Of a DNA stretch of 32,000 bases, positions 16,680 through 25,095 are shown one piece after another (position 1 is the stretch's first letter; the number at the start of each line of letters is the position of its first letter). Below the pieces are notes generated by a model. The model did no database searches. It had not been told where the DNA came from and was given only the letters and a program-made list of their open reading frames with translations. A program made the position numbers and the translations under genes. Source of the DNA: Coprobacillaceae bacterium (GTDB lineage: Bacteria; Bacillota_I; Bacilli_A; Erysipelotrichales; Coprobacillaceae). The stretch lies in the NCBI GenBank assembly GCA_963675515.1, contig OY776328.1, positions 2,430,001 to 2,462,000 of the forward strand, read 5' to 3'.

Positions 16680-17945
16680 TTAATAAGTTACGTTGTAATG
16701 ATCGAACAGGATTTTTTCCGCTTCGCCACTCCATAATCCCCGGTTGGCCCGGCAAGCTTCATCGAGCTTCTTGAACAGCGGATCGGTTTTACCCAATTCC
16801 TTGAAGTCTTCGATTGCAGTCAGCGGCATGTCGAACTGGGTGTAAGTGAGCTTTTTACCACCTGGAATATTTGGCAGTTCTAGAGTTGCTTTGGCGATCG
16901 AGTCGATACCGCCGACATGGGTCACCATCACGGCCGGCTCGATCAGTTTTTTTGATGCCAGATCGTTGGCTTCGATCAGGTCATCATTGTTCCCTCCGGT
17001 CGAACCGATTATCTTGCTTGCGGTATAGTGGACATTGTAAAGGTTGATGTTCGCACTGAAATTGCTGTCGGTCGGACCGGCGAAGAAGTTCAGGCAGCCA
17101 TCGAACGCCATCAGCTGGTCTCCCAGTTCGGCAACTTTCCGGTTTGGAATATAGACAAATACATCATCATAACCATGACCGTCGCTCAGGGCTTTCAATT
17201 CAGCCACAGGATCCGCCATTTTTGAAGTATTGACATAAATCAGCTCAACCCCGGCTTCCTTGGCCTGCTGTTCGGAGATGACTTCGCGCGCTCTTTGGAG
17301 CTTCGCATCGTCGATATCCGTAACGACAATCCGTTGCGGTCTGTTTTCAATCTGCAGCCCGTACGAGATCGCACCAAGCCCCATCGGCCCGCAGCCACCA
17401 AGAATGATTATGTTCCCGTCTTTTTTCGTTCCCATCGCATGTTCATAGTTCTGTTTGTTTGTATGGTAGTTGGCATGGTAAGCCCCGATGATGCATGACA
17501 TCGGTTCCCCCAGTGAAGCCTCGAAGAAACTTTCCCCGGTGTATTCCATCAGGCATCCCAGTTCCATGACTTCCTGAGGAATGATGCAGTAAGTGCAGGC
17601 TCCTCCGAAAAATTCATACGAATATCCCGGTGATGCCAGGGAACCTTTGTAGTTCAGGGCCGGCTGTTGGGCGAATTTCATTCCCGGTTTGAACTGGTCC
17701 TGCCATTTTTTTCCGACTTCGACGATAACTCCGGCAAACTCATGGCCGATGATGATCGGATTCGTGTCGATGTTCTTAGGCGCTCTTTTATGTTTTTTCC
17801 CCTGGATTGCCAGTTTGTAGGTCGACATGCAGATGCTGTCAGACATGACCTTAACCAAGATCTCGTTGTCCGTGATTTGGGGCAATTCAAATTCTTCCAA
17901 ACGTAAATCATTTTCTCCGTACATTCTTACCGCTTTGGTTTTCAT
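16680..17945 (-). CDS. Zn-dependent MDR-family dehydrogenase of the SorE/YggP type (L-sorbose-1-phosphate reductase-like), 421 aa
   Basis: MKTKAVRMYGENDLRLEEFELPQITDNEILVKVMSDSICMSTYK...IIGHEFAGVIVEVG...GGCGPMGLGA...CLNFFAGPTD...IPGGKKLTYTQFDMPLTAI...GKTDPLF. This matches my recollection of the SorE/YggP family. ATG 17945 is preceded by AGAGGA. The track start at 17984 lies inside the upstream gene. Confidence 0.8.
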   Translation of the reverse strand: MKTKAVRMYGENDLRLEEFELPQITDNEILVKVMSDSICMSTYKLAIQGKKHKRAPKNIDTNPIIIGHEFAGVIVEVGKKWQDQFKPGMKFAQQPALNYKGSLASPGYSYEFFGGACTYCIIPQEVMELGCLMEYTGESFFEASLGEPMSCIIGAYHANYHTNKQNYEHAMGTKKDGNIIILGGCGPMGLGAISYGLQIENRPQRIVVTDIDDAKLQRAREVISEQQAKEAGVELIYVNTSKMADPVAELKALSDGHGYDDVFVYIPNRKVAELGDQLMAFDGCLNFFAGPTDSNFSANINLYNVHYTASKIIGSTGGNNDDLIEANDLASKKLIEPAVMVTHVGGIDSIAKATLELPNIPGGKKLTYTQFDMPLTAIEDFKELGKTDPLFKKLDEACRANRGLWSGEAEKILFDHYNVTY

Positions 17946-17949
17946 CTTT

Positions 17950-18897
17950 TTATCCTCTTTCCTTTTCCGTATATAAGATTTCAATTTTCACTTGTTTTTT
18001 GAGTTCGTTGACCAGGTCCAATGTCGGCGGCTGGGTTCCATGAGTAGTCACCGCTCCAGCCGATGTGGCAATGGCCAGTTCGATCAGATCTTCCAACTCG
18101 AGATTGTGCTCGACACTGTAAGCCAGGGCCCCGACCAGTGCGTCTCCCGCCCCTACTGTCGATTGGGCCGCGACTTTGATTCCCGGTACGAAGGCAACCT
18201 GATCCATCAAAAACAAGGCCCCGTCTTTACCAAGCGAGATCAGGACATTGGAAATCCCTTTGCCTTTGAGGCCCTGGCCGATTTCAATCAGCTCCTCTTT
18301 TGATGCTTCATGATCCATCCCGGCAAACTTCTCCAGTTCCTCGCGGTTTGGCTTGATATAATCGGGACTTGAGGGCAGTGATTCCTTGAACAGGTCTCCG
18401 TCCGCATCAAGGATCACCTTGGCCCCGTTGAGATGGGCGATGTCGACGATCTTGGAGTATATCCCCTTGTCAACCCCCAGCGGGATTGACCCAGCCAGGA
18501 CGAAGACAACGTTATCTCCTGCATATTTTTTCACTTTTTCAAGCAGCCGGTTCACCATTTCCCGGTTGATTATCGGCCCGGGCTCATTGATTTCGGAAAC
18601 CCTGCCGCTGTTTTCGACTACCTTGGTATTGACCCTGGTGTTCTGGTCCAGGTAGACGAAGTCATGTCTGATATCCAGCTCATTCAAAGCCTTGACAATG
18701 AAAGTGCCGCTTTCGCCACCGACAAATCCCAATGCCAGGGATTCCCCCTGCAATGCCTTTATTGTCTTGGAAACATTTATTCCTTTGCCCCCGGCGTCCT
18801 GTTTGATCGATTTGACCCGGCTCAGCCCGCCAAGTTCCAGCTGGTCTAGTGTGATTGTCTTATCCACTGCGGGATTCATGGTTATTGTGATTATCAT
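17950..18897 (-). CDS. fruK: PfkB-family hexose-phosphate kinase, 1-phosphofructokinase-like
   Basis: MIITITMNPAVDKTITL...DAGGKGINVS...GFVGG...VGAGDALVGA is the FruK/LacC subfamily pattern. The sequence alone cannot separate 1-phosphofructokinase from tagatose-6-P kinase. Confidence 0.85.
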   Translation of the reverse strand: MIITITMNPAVDKTITLDQLELGGLSRVKSIKQDAGGKGINVSKTIKALQGESLALGFVGGESGTFIVKALNELDIRHDFVYLDQNTRVNTKVVENSGRVSEINEPGPIINREMVNRLLEKVKKYAGDNVVFVLAGSIPLGVDKGIYSKIVDIAHLNGAKVILDADGDLFKESLPSSPDYIKPNREELEKFAGMDHEASKEELIEIGQGLKGKGISNVLISLGKDGALFLMDQVAFVPGIKVAAQSTVGAGDALVGALAYSVEHNLELEDLIELAIATSAGAVTTHGTQPPTLDLVNELKKQVKIEILYTEKERG

Positions 18898-18898
18898 C

Positions 18899-19360
18899 TT
18901 ACGCCTCGCTTGTCAGTATTTCGTAAATGGTTTCTTGGTCGCTTTCGATAAGCTTCTCGCACACGTTGATATCGATCAGCTTGGTGGCGATATTGGCCAG
19001 GATCGTCATGTGTTCGCCACCTTTTCCGGCTATCCCGATCACGATTTTGGCATCGTTGCCATCCCAGTCGACGCCGTCAGGGAAAATCATGATTGCAATC
19101 CCCGAGTTGACGATGGCATCCTTGACCTGTTCCACCCCATGGGGCAAGGCGAGATAGTTACCCATGTATGTCGCGAAGGTATTCTCCCTTTCGTGCATTC
19201 CCTGGATATATTCACTTTGCACATAACCGCCTTCAAGCAGGATCTTTCCAACCTGGTCGATCGCATCATCTTTGTTTGTTGCCACGGCGTTGATTATGAT
19301 ATTTTCTTTTTTTAGCAAGGGCGGTTTTTCCACCGCCTGTTTATTTTTCTTGAAAAACAT
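18899..19360 (-). CDS. mtlF: PTS mannitol-family EIIA component
   Basis: Strong resemblance to B. subtilis MtlF: NTFATYMGNYLALPHGVE (active-site His) and IVIGIAGKGGEHMTILANIA. Confidence 0.9.
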   Translation of the reverse strand: MFFKKNKQAVEKPPLLKKENIIINAVATNKDDAIDQVGKILLEGGYVQSEYIQGMHERENTFATYMGNYLALPHGVEQVKDAIVNSGIAIMIFPDGVDWDGNDAKIVIGIAGKGGEHMTILANIATKLIDINVCEKLIESDQETIYEILTSEA

Positions 19361-19388
19361 TTCGGTGCTCCTTTCTTTCTACAAGTCC

Positions 19389-19417
19389 ATTATCCTATGT
19401 AATCGCTTGTAGTTCAA
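19389..19417 (-). promoter_or_regulatory. Promoter of the mtlF-fruK-dehydrogenase unit (TTGAAC-17 nt-GATAAT)
   Basis: On the minus strand, TTGAAC is at 19417-19412 and GATAAT at 19394-19389. The shared palindrome lies 16 nt upstream of the -35 box, the same spacing as at the mtlA promoter. Confidence 0.5.
19398..19411. promoter_or_regulatory. cre-like (CcpA) site in the promoter spacer
   Basis: aTGTAATCGCTTGTA compared with the consensus WTGNAANCGNWNNCW has one mismatch. Confidence 0.35.
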
Positions 19418-19431
19418 TTTATTGCAAAGTT

Positions 19432-19459
19432 GATTTGGCCCCATCCATTAGTGCCAAAA
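19432..19459. promoter_or_regulatory. Candidate MtlR-type operator, copy A (TTTGGC-N13-GCCAAA)
   Basis: GATTTGGC-N9-TAGTGCCAAAA is shared with 25096-25123. The palindrome arms are at 19434-19439 and 19453-19458. Confidence 0.5.
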
Positions 19460-19472
19460 CTGCTTAAGGCAT

Positions 19473-19516
19473 TAAAAAAAACACCACAACCCGGATGATC
19501 CGGATCATGGTGTGGC
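19473..19516 (-). terminator. Intrinsic terminator after the nitroreductase gene
   Basis: On the minus strand, the nested stems of CCACACCATGATCCGGATCATCCGGGTTGTGGTG are followed by TTTTTTTT. Confidence 0.8.
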
Positions 19517-20110
19517 CTATTGCTTTATTATCATTCGCCCTTCTATTTTCTTGGGTTTATCAACCGGGGCACTTTCGATCGAGCCAAAGGGCATCTGGGC
19601 GATCAGACGCCAGCTTTGATCAAGCCCGTATGTTTCCCATACCGCCTGTTCGATGACTTCATTGTAATGCTGGAGCGAGCCGCCTAGCGACAGGCTCCCC
19701 AGTCCGACCCAGATGCCATACTGGACCATCCCGTTGGCCTGCTGGGCCCATTTTTCGAAGTTGTGGGCATAGCTCGGGTATTTTTCAATAAGGTTCCCCG
19801 TAATTGATTCGTCTTCGAAAAACAGGACTGTCCCATAGGATTTCTTGAACCCGGCGATTTTTTTCTGGGTGGCCGGAAACCTTTCCGGGGCCACAATTCT
19901 TTCCAACTGGCTTAACACCAGATCCCAGAAACTGTCATGTTCCTTTTCGTATAGAACGATGACTTTGGTCGACTGGCTGTTGTATGATGAGGGGTTGTTG
20001 TGGACGACTGTACGGATCAGTTCGTTTATCTGTTCCCTATCGACCAACACATTCTTACCCAGGTCGTAGTTGCTGCGGCGTTTTTCAATCAATTCTTTAT
20101 ATTCGATCAT
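19517..20110 (-). CDS. Nitroreductase-family protein
   Basis: MIEYKELIEKRRSNYDLGK...HNNPSSYNSQS...GGSLQHYN is a nitroreductase-fold pattern. ATG 20110 is preceded by AAGGAG. The track start at 20188 is an extension. Confidence 0.85.
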   Translation of the reverse strand: MIEYKELIEKRRSNYDLGKNVLVDREQINELIRTVVHNNPSSYNSQSTKVIVLYEKEHDSFWDLVLSQLERIVAPERFPATQKKIAGFKKSYGTVLFFEDESITGNLIEKYPSYAHNFEKWAQQANGMVQYGIWVGLGSLSLGGSLQHYNEVIEQAVWETYGLDQSWRLIAQMPFGSIESAPVDKPKKIEGRMIIKQ

Positions 20111-20188
20111 TTTGGCATTCTCCTTTTCTTCTTGGTCTAACCGTATCAAAAAAGACACGCGAATGCAAAGATGACGACTTCGAATCAA

Positions 20189-22243
20189 CTAAAGCAGGTT
20201 CTTGGCCAGGAAATTCTTGAAATGGAGTGAAAGGCATTCGGTGATTTCATAGCTGTCACCCCGGGCGAAGATGTCGATGATCTCATCGTCTTCCACCAGG
20301 ATCGATGATATATGGCCAAGAATGTTCGAATTGAGTGTGTCATATTCATTTTTTGGCATAAGCAGGCAGATTACAACCTTGACTCCTGTTAGATATTCGC
20401 CCGCAAAAGCAAGACCGGATTTGGGCAACAGCAGGATTATCCTCGGTCTGGCCACACCGGACGTTTTGGTATGGAGCAGTCCAAATGAAAGCTGCTTGAA
20501 TATCTGGCTGCCCAGTTTTTCCCGGGCAATCAGGTCACGTCGCACCGTGGCGGCCATTGCTTCATCCATGGAATCCGTGGCGCTATCGACCAGGGCGGTA
20601 AAATCGGAGTCTTGGTCAACCCTTGAGATCTCGATGCTTTCAAGAAGATGCTTGATGGTGCCCACATAATAGTCGAATTCATCAAGCTGTTCGATGAAAC
20701 TGTCCTGGACGGTGGCATTTCTTGATGGAAGGTAACAATGCTTTTCGATAAGCGTATCGATGGCATCAAGGTCATTGTCATTCAGGATCGGGCTGACGTA
20801 TAGAAGATTTTCATGATAGCCGTCGATCTTGATCGATGAGAGATAGAAGTCGATGATATCATCGCGAAACGCATCGGCCTTGGAAAACGGGTAGACCCTG
20901 ATCTTGTCGCCGTAGATCTTTTCAAGACTAGCCCCCATCAGGCGCGACAAACCGATACCGGTCGCGCAGATGACCCCGACGTTTACCCGGCGTGCCTTCT
21001 TGTTGGCGAGTTTGAGCCGGATGCTCGCACTGCCAAAATGCATTGCCAGAAATCCGATCTCGCCTTCAGGGACCGGCTTGTGGGTGAAATCCTCAAGAAC
21101 CTGTCCGACTTTCAGGCATTTTTCAAATTCGCTGGGGTACTGCTTCTTGATCTGGTCGAGCAGCGGATTGGTTATGACCATGTCGTTGACAATCCGGATC
21201 AGCGTGGGCTGAAGGTGAGTGAGCAGGCCGTTGATGAAATGATCATCCTGTTTCAACTCGAAGGCGATGGCCGGGTCATAGGCATCGATCATCTTGTTGA
21301 TCAGCCGCTTGATTACCTCGTTGTCCATCTGGATCTTGTCGATGTTCATGGTCTGGTGCTTGGTTCCCTTGAGATGGAGGTTGATGTAGTGCAGTTCCAT
21401 CTCGTCGATGACGATGTCGAATTCCGCCATAAGAAACTCTCCAATCAGCTTGGCGGTATTGTAATCCTGGTCGATATCGATGCTTTCAAGCAATTCTTGA
21501 TCATAGCTGATCTGTTCACCGCTCTGGATCCTTTTGACCACGATAGCCAGATGAATTACCAGACCGATATAAGAGCTTTCGGTAAGTTCCCTGATCTGCT
21601 CACTGGAAATGTCCTCGAGACAATCGATCACCCTTTTGAGGATATCCTCATCAAGGAGCTGGGATATGCCCTCATGGTTCTTGAGCATGAATTCCTTGAT
21701 TTCATCGAACCGGTCGCTGGAGTTGCTATCGGGAGCGAACTCGCTGAAGTATCCACGGATCGCCCGGCGCATGTTGGCCTCGCCCCCGGACAGCCTCACT
21801 CCAAGCCCCGGTGTCTTTTCCAGGGTCAAGTCGAACTTGTCAAGCCACTTTTCGATTCCCATCAGATCGAGCCGGATCGTGGCTTCCGACACATTGATCA
21901 AATGGGCGAAGGATATTATCTTGTGGACATCCTGGGATTTGAGCAATTCAAGGATAATCCGGCGTTGGCGGTTTCTGGTATCGAAACTGTCAAAGGTGTT
22001 GTCCTTTTCAATGGCGCTGTAAAGCTCCAGCTTGTTTTCCTGGGTCCCTTCTAGCCAGACACCCTTTCCGGTCTTGCTTTGAAAAACCAGGTTGTAGGGC
22101 CTCAGGTCATCATCGATGTAGCCTAATTCCCGCTGGATAGTCCGTTTGGAAACCCCGATGCGATCGGCCAGCTGGGAAATGGAAAGATACTCGTCCTTGA
22201 GCAGTTCCAAAAGTATTTTTTTCATTCGCGGATCAAAGCTCAT
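20189..22243 (-). CDS. mtlR: MtlR-type PRD-containing transcriptional regulator (HTH, PRD1, PRD2, EIIB-Gat-like and EIIA-Mtl-like domains)
   Basis: N-terminal HTH SISQLADRIGVSKRTIQRELGYI. PRD histidines are present (HLAIVVKR, INLHLKG, LLTHLQP, LAMHFG). An EIIB-like Cys is present (VGVICATGIGLSRLM). The C-terminal EIIA-like region contains LLHTKTSG. The start overlaps the upstream EIICB gene by 11 nt. Confidence 0.9.
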   Translation of the reverse strand: MSFDPRMKKILLELLKDEYLSISQLADRIGVSKRTIQRELGYIDDDLRPYNLVFQSKTGKGVWLEGTQENKLELYSAIEKDNTFDSFDTRNRQRRIILELLKSQDVHKIISFAHLINVSEATIRLDLMGIEKWLDKFDLTLEKTPGLGVRLSGGEANMRRAIRGYFSEFAPDSNSSDRFDEIKEFMLKNHEGISQLLDEDILKRVIDCLEDISSEQIRELTESSYIGLVIHLAIVVKRIQSGEQISYDQELLESIDIDQDYNTAKLIGEFLMAEFDIVIDEMELHYINLHLKGTKHQTMNIDKIQMDNEVIKRLINKMIDAYDPAIAFELKQDDHFINGLLTHLQPTLIRIVNDMVITNPLLDQIKKQYPSEFEKCLKVGQVLEDFTHKPVPEGEIGFLAMHFGSASIRLKLANKKARRVNVGVICATGIGLSRLMGASLEKIYGDKIRVYPFSKADAFRDDIIDFYLSSIKIDGYHENLLYVSPILNDNDLDAIDTLIEKHCYLPSRNATVQDSFIEQLDEFDYYVGTIKHLLESIEISRVDQDSDFTALVDSATDSMDEAMAATVRRDLIAREKLGSQIFKQLSFGLLHTKTSGVARPRIILLLPKSGLAFAGEYLTGVKVVICLLMPKNEYDTLNSNILGHISSILVEDDEIIDIFARGDSYEITECLSLHFKNFLAKNLL

Positions 22244-23561
22244 TTTTCCCGTTCCTTTCTTCCAACATTGCGATCAGTTCGTCATAGCTGCGATTATCGA
22301 GGAATTCATTGACCGGATATATCTCCATTTGGGGATATTTCTCCCGCACCACTTTCTCGAGTCCCGTCTGGACCACAACAAGCGAGGCGTCGTCATCGAT
22401 ATTGTTTATTCCCTGGGCCTTCACTATCAGATCGAAATCGTATCTGTTTATTTTCCGGTTGAAAAGGGACGAGCCCATCACCGAAGACCCGAATCCCCCA
22501 TCGCAGGTGAAAACGATTTTCCTGATGGGTCCCGACTTCAATATTGCAGTTTTCTTTGCCTTGGTCGCACCGGAACTTATCTGGAGGACGACCACCGCAC
22601 TAAAGAACGAAACGATCAAAGATATGCAAATCGGTAACAAAACAAGCAGCCGGTCGGAATTGCTCGCATTTAACATGATTGTTATGACACTGCCGGGACT
22701 TACCGGGGAAATCAGTCCCAGATCCATATTGTCCATTGTGATGATTCCAGCCATCCCGCCCATCACCAGGGCGAAAAACAGCTTCCGGAATTCCAACACA
22801 AGCGGGAAGTACACTTCGTGAATTCCGCCAAAAAACTGGACCATGAAATAACTGAACATCTGCTTAGCTTCCCGCTTTTTGGTAAAAAGCAAAGCCAGGA
22901 TCACTCCCGCACCCGGTCCGGGATTCGTTTCCAGAAAAAAGAGGATCGTGTCACCGGCCTGGGACACTTGGGTGAGTCCCAAAGGTATCAGCATTCCATG
23001 GTTGATCAGGTTGTTTAGGAAGAAAACCTTGGAAACCTCGATAATCACCGCCATAAGCGCGATAAGCTCATTGTCTAGAAGATAGGCGATGAATCCGTTG
23101 GTGATGTTGTTGAACACACCAAGAGCCGGAATCATCATCAGGTTAACCACCAGGCCCAATCCAAAACCGGCACAGCCGATAATGAGGTTGGTGAACAGGA
23201 GTTCAAATCCGGGCGGGATGCGCGCAATCAGGCGTCTTAGAAGATGTTTGTTTATCAGACCGGCACAACTTCCGATCACAAAAGACCCGATGATGCCCGC
23301 ATTGGTCTCGCTGACGACAAATACGACACTGGCCAGAATACCGATGATTCCGCCATTATGGTCAAAGATCCTGGTGGCCGCCAGATAGGCGATTGTCACT
23401 GGCAGGATCACGTTTTTTATCACATCGATGCTTTGGACAAGACTTTCGTCCTGATAAAAATTCGATACTATATTCAAAATGCCAAGAAACATGAAGATGC
23501 CCATGCAGGACATGATTATCGAGGCATAAAACTTGATAACTTTCTTGATTCGTTTTCCCAT
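22233..23561 (-). CDS. Second, divergent mannitol-family PTS EIICB component (MtlA paralogue)
   Basis: It shares MtlA signature blocks in diverged form: FLNNLINHG, ETNPGPG, GGIHEVYFP, SPVSPGS, and the EIIB phospho-Cys motif FTCDGGFGSS. ATG 23561 follows GGGTGA. The track start at 23579 is a TTG. Confidence 0.85.
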   Translation of the reverse strand: MGKRIKKVIKFYASIIMSCMGIFMFLGILNIVSNFYQDESLVQSIDVIKNVILPVTIAYLAATRIFDHNGGIIGILASVVFVVSETNAGIIGSFVIGSCAGLINKHLLRRLIARIPPGFELLFTNLIIGCAGFGLGLVVNLMMIPALGVFNNITNGFIAYLLDNELIALMAVIIEVSKVFFLNNLINHGMLIPLGLTQVSQAGDTILFFLETNPGPGAGVILALLFTKKREAKQMFSYFMVQFFGGIHEVYFPLVLEFRKLFFALVMGGMAGIITMDNMDLGLISPVSPGSVITIMLNASNSDRLLVLLPICISLIVSFFSAVVVLQISSGATKAKKTAILKSGPIRKIVFTCDGGFGSSVMGSSLFNRKINRYDFDLIVKAQGINNIDDDASLVVVQTGLEKVVREKYPQMEIYPVNEFLDNRSYDELIAMLEERNGKNEL

Positions 23562-23585
23562 ATATATCACCCGTAACAATTATAC

Positions 23586-23611
23586 CAAAAAACAGGTCAC
23601 GCAAGCGACCT
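23586..23611 (-). terminator. Weak intercistronic hairpin plus T-run between mtlA and its paralogue
   Basis: On the minus strand, AGGTC-GCTTGCGT-GACCT is followed by GTTTTTT. The stem is only 5 bp and it overlaps the mtlA stop codon. Confidence 0.3.
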
Positions 23612-24989
23612 AATTTTCATGGTTTTCTTTGAGGAATTCGACAAGTTCATCATACTCAGGAGCCTGAAGGAAATTGGTTATCAACACCAGCTTGGCATCC
23701 GGATTCGAATTGGACGCCCGTTGAGCCAAGGACTCATGGGTTACAACGACCTGGACATCACCTGGAATATTCGAAACCGAAGTGTGGATGACTTCGATAC
23801 CGGCAAGCCCGGCATCCCTGATCTTGTTTTTCAAGACGGTGGCCCCCATGGCACTTGAACCCATTCCGGCATCGCAGGCGAAAGCGATTTTCGAGATTTT
23901 TCCAGTGATAGATTTTGATTCCTGTTTTGGAGCGGTTCCTTTGAGCTCAGCATTTTTTTGTTTAGCTTCTTCAAGACTTGTATCCTTGTTCGAGAATTTC
24001 AGGATCGGCAAAGCAATAGCCATTGCCACCAATGCCGCTGCAGCCACACCCAAAATCAATCCGACATAGCTGTCTTTTGAGCACATCATCAACAAGGCAA
24101 AGATCGATCCTGGCGAAGCCGGAGCGGTAAGCCCCACATTCAACATTTGGAAAGTGAAGACACCGGTAGCACCGCCACCGATGGCGGCGAAGATAAGAAG
24201 CGGATTCATCAAGACGAATGGGAAATAGATTTCATGGATACCGCCTAAGAAGTGGATGATCATCGCACTAGGAGCAGATGCTTTCGCCATTCCTTTTCCA
24301 GCAATCATGTATGCCAGCAGGATTCCCAGACCCGGTCCGGGATTGGCTTCAAGCAGGAAGAAAATCGATTTCCCGACTTCCTCCACCTGGGCGATTCCCA
24401 AAGGTGTGAAGATGCCGTGATTGATCGCATTGTTCAAAAACAGGATTTTTGCCGGTTCGATAAACAGCGATGCCAATGGCAGCATTGAACGCTCGACAAA
24501 GAAGTTGACTCCGCTCGCAAAACCGTTGTTGATGGCTGTGACCAGCGGTGCGATTCCCAACTGGGCCAGCAGCGTCAATGCCAGACCGATAATTCCGATC
24601 GAGAAGTTGTTTACAAGCATTTCGAAGCCAGGTTTTACTTTTCCCTCGACTATTTCATCGAATTTTTTCAAGATCCAGGCAGCCAGAGGCCCGCAGATCA
24701 TCGCTCCCATGAACATGATTGTTCCCGAACCGACGATGACCCCCATGGTCACGATTGCCCCGATAACTCCACCGCGGTCGCCGTGGACCATTTTCCCTCC
24801 GGAAAATGCGATCAACAGCGGCAGCAGATATGTGATTATCGGACCTACCAATGCCGCGAATGTCGCATTTGGCAACCAGCCTGTATCGATAAAGAATGCG
24901 GTAATAAGACCCCAGGCAATGAATGCCCCGATATTTGGCATAACCATGCCGCTTAAAAAGCGTCCGAATGTTTGGACTTTTTCTTTCAT
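23610..24989 (-). CDS. mtlA: PTS mannitol-specific EIICB component
   Basis: Nearly collinear with E. coli and Bacillus MtlA. It carries QTFGRFLSGMVMPNIGAFIAWG, GFEMLVNNFS, EPAKILFLNNAINHGIFTPLG and EANPGPG. It also carries HFLGGIHEIYFPFVLMNP, and the EIIB motif ACDAGMGSSAMGA. Confidence 0.95.
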   Translation of the reverse strand: MKEKVQTFGRFLSGMVMPNIGAFIAWGLITAFFIDTGWLPNATFAALVGPIITYLLPLLIAFSGGKMVHGDRGGVIGAIVTMGVIVGSGTIMFMGAMICGPLAAWILKKFDEIVEGKVKPGFEMLVNNFSIGIIGLALTLLAQLGIAPLVTAINNGFASGVNFFVERSMLPLASLFIEPAKILFLNNAINHGIFTPLGIAQVEEVGKSIFFLLEANPGPGLGILLAYMIAGKGMAKASAPSAMIIHFLGGIHEIYFPFVLMNPLLIFAAIGGGATGVFTFQMLNVGLTAPASPGSIFALLMMCSKDSYVGLILGVAAAALVAMAIALPILKFSNKDTSLEEAKQKNAELKGTAPKQESKSITGKISKIAFACDAGMGSSAMGATVLKNKIRDAGLAGIEVIHTSVSNIPGDVQVVVTHESLAQRASNSNPDAKLVLITNFLQAPEYDELVEFLKENHEN

Positions 24990-25051
24990 AATAGCTCTCC
25001 TTTAGATTGTAGTTTGAAGTACTGGCCAATTCCTTCTGTGTTTACAAGCTT

Positions 25052-25081
25052 ATTATAAGCGCTACCAAAATACATTTTCAA
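25052..25081 (-). promoter_or_regulatory. mtlA promoter (TTGAAA-18 nt-TATAAT)
   Basis: On the minus strand, TTGAAA is at 25081-25076 and TATAAT at 25057-25052. The 5' UTR is about 55 nt, ending in RBS GGAG 7 nt before the ATG. Confidence 0.5.
25054..25067. promoter_or_regulatory. cre-like (CcpA) site overlapping the -10 box
   Basis: tTATAAGCGCTACCA compared with WTGNAANCGNWNNCW has one mismatch. Confidence 0.3.
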
Positions 25082-25095
25082 TCAAACCCAAATTA

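Noticed and set aside
21038-22054. 338-aa ORF (and 21609..22022) antisense to the MtlR-type regulator gene
   Set aside because: The opposite strand has a full HTH, PRD, EIIB and EIIA architecture. The antisense ORF has no recognisable domains or RBS.
22309-25005. Several 60-194-aa plus-strand ORFs across the two EIICB genes
   Set aside because: All lie antisense to conserved PTS transporter genes and have no start signals.
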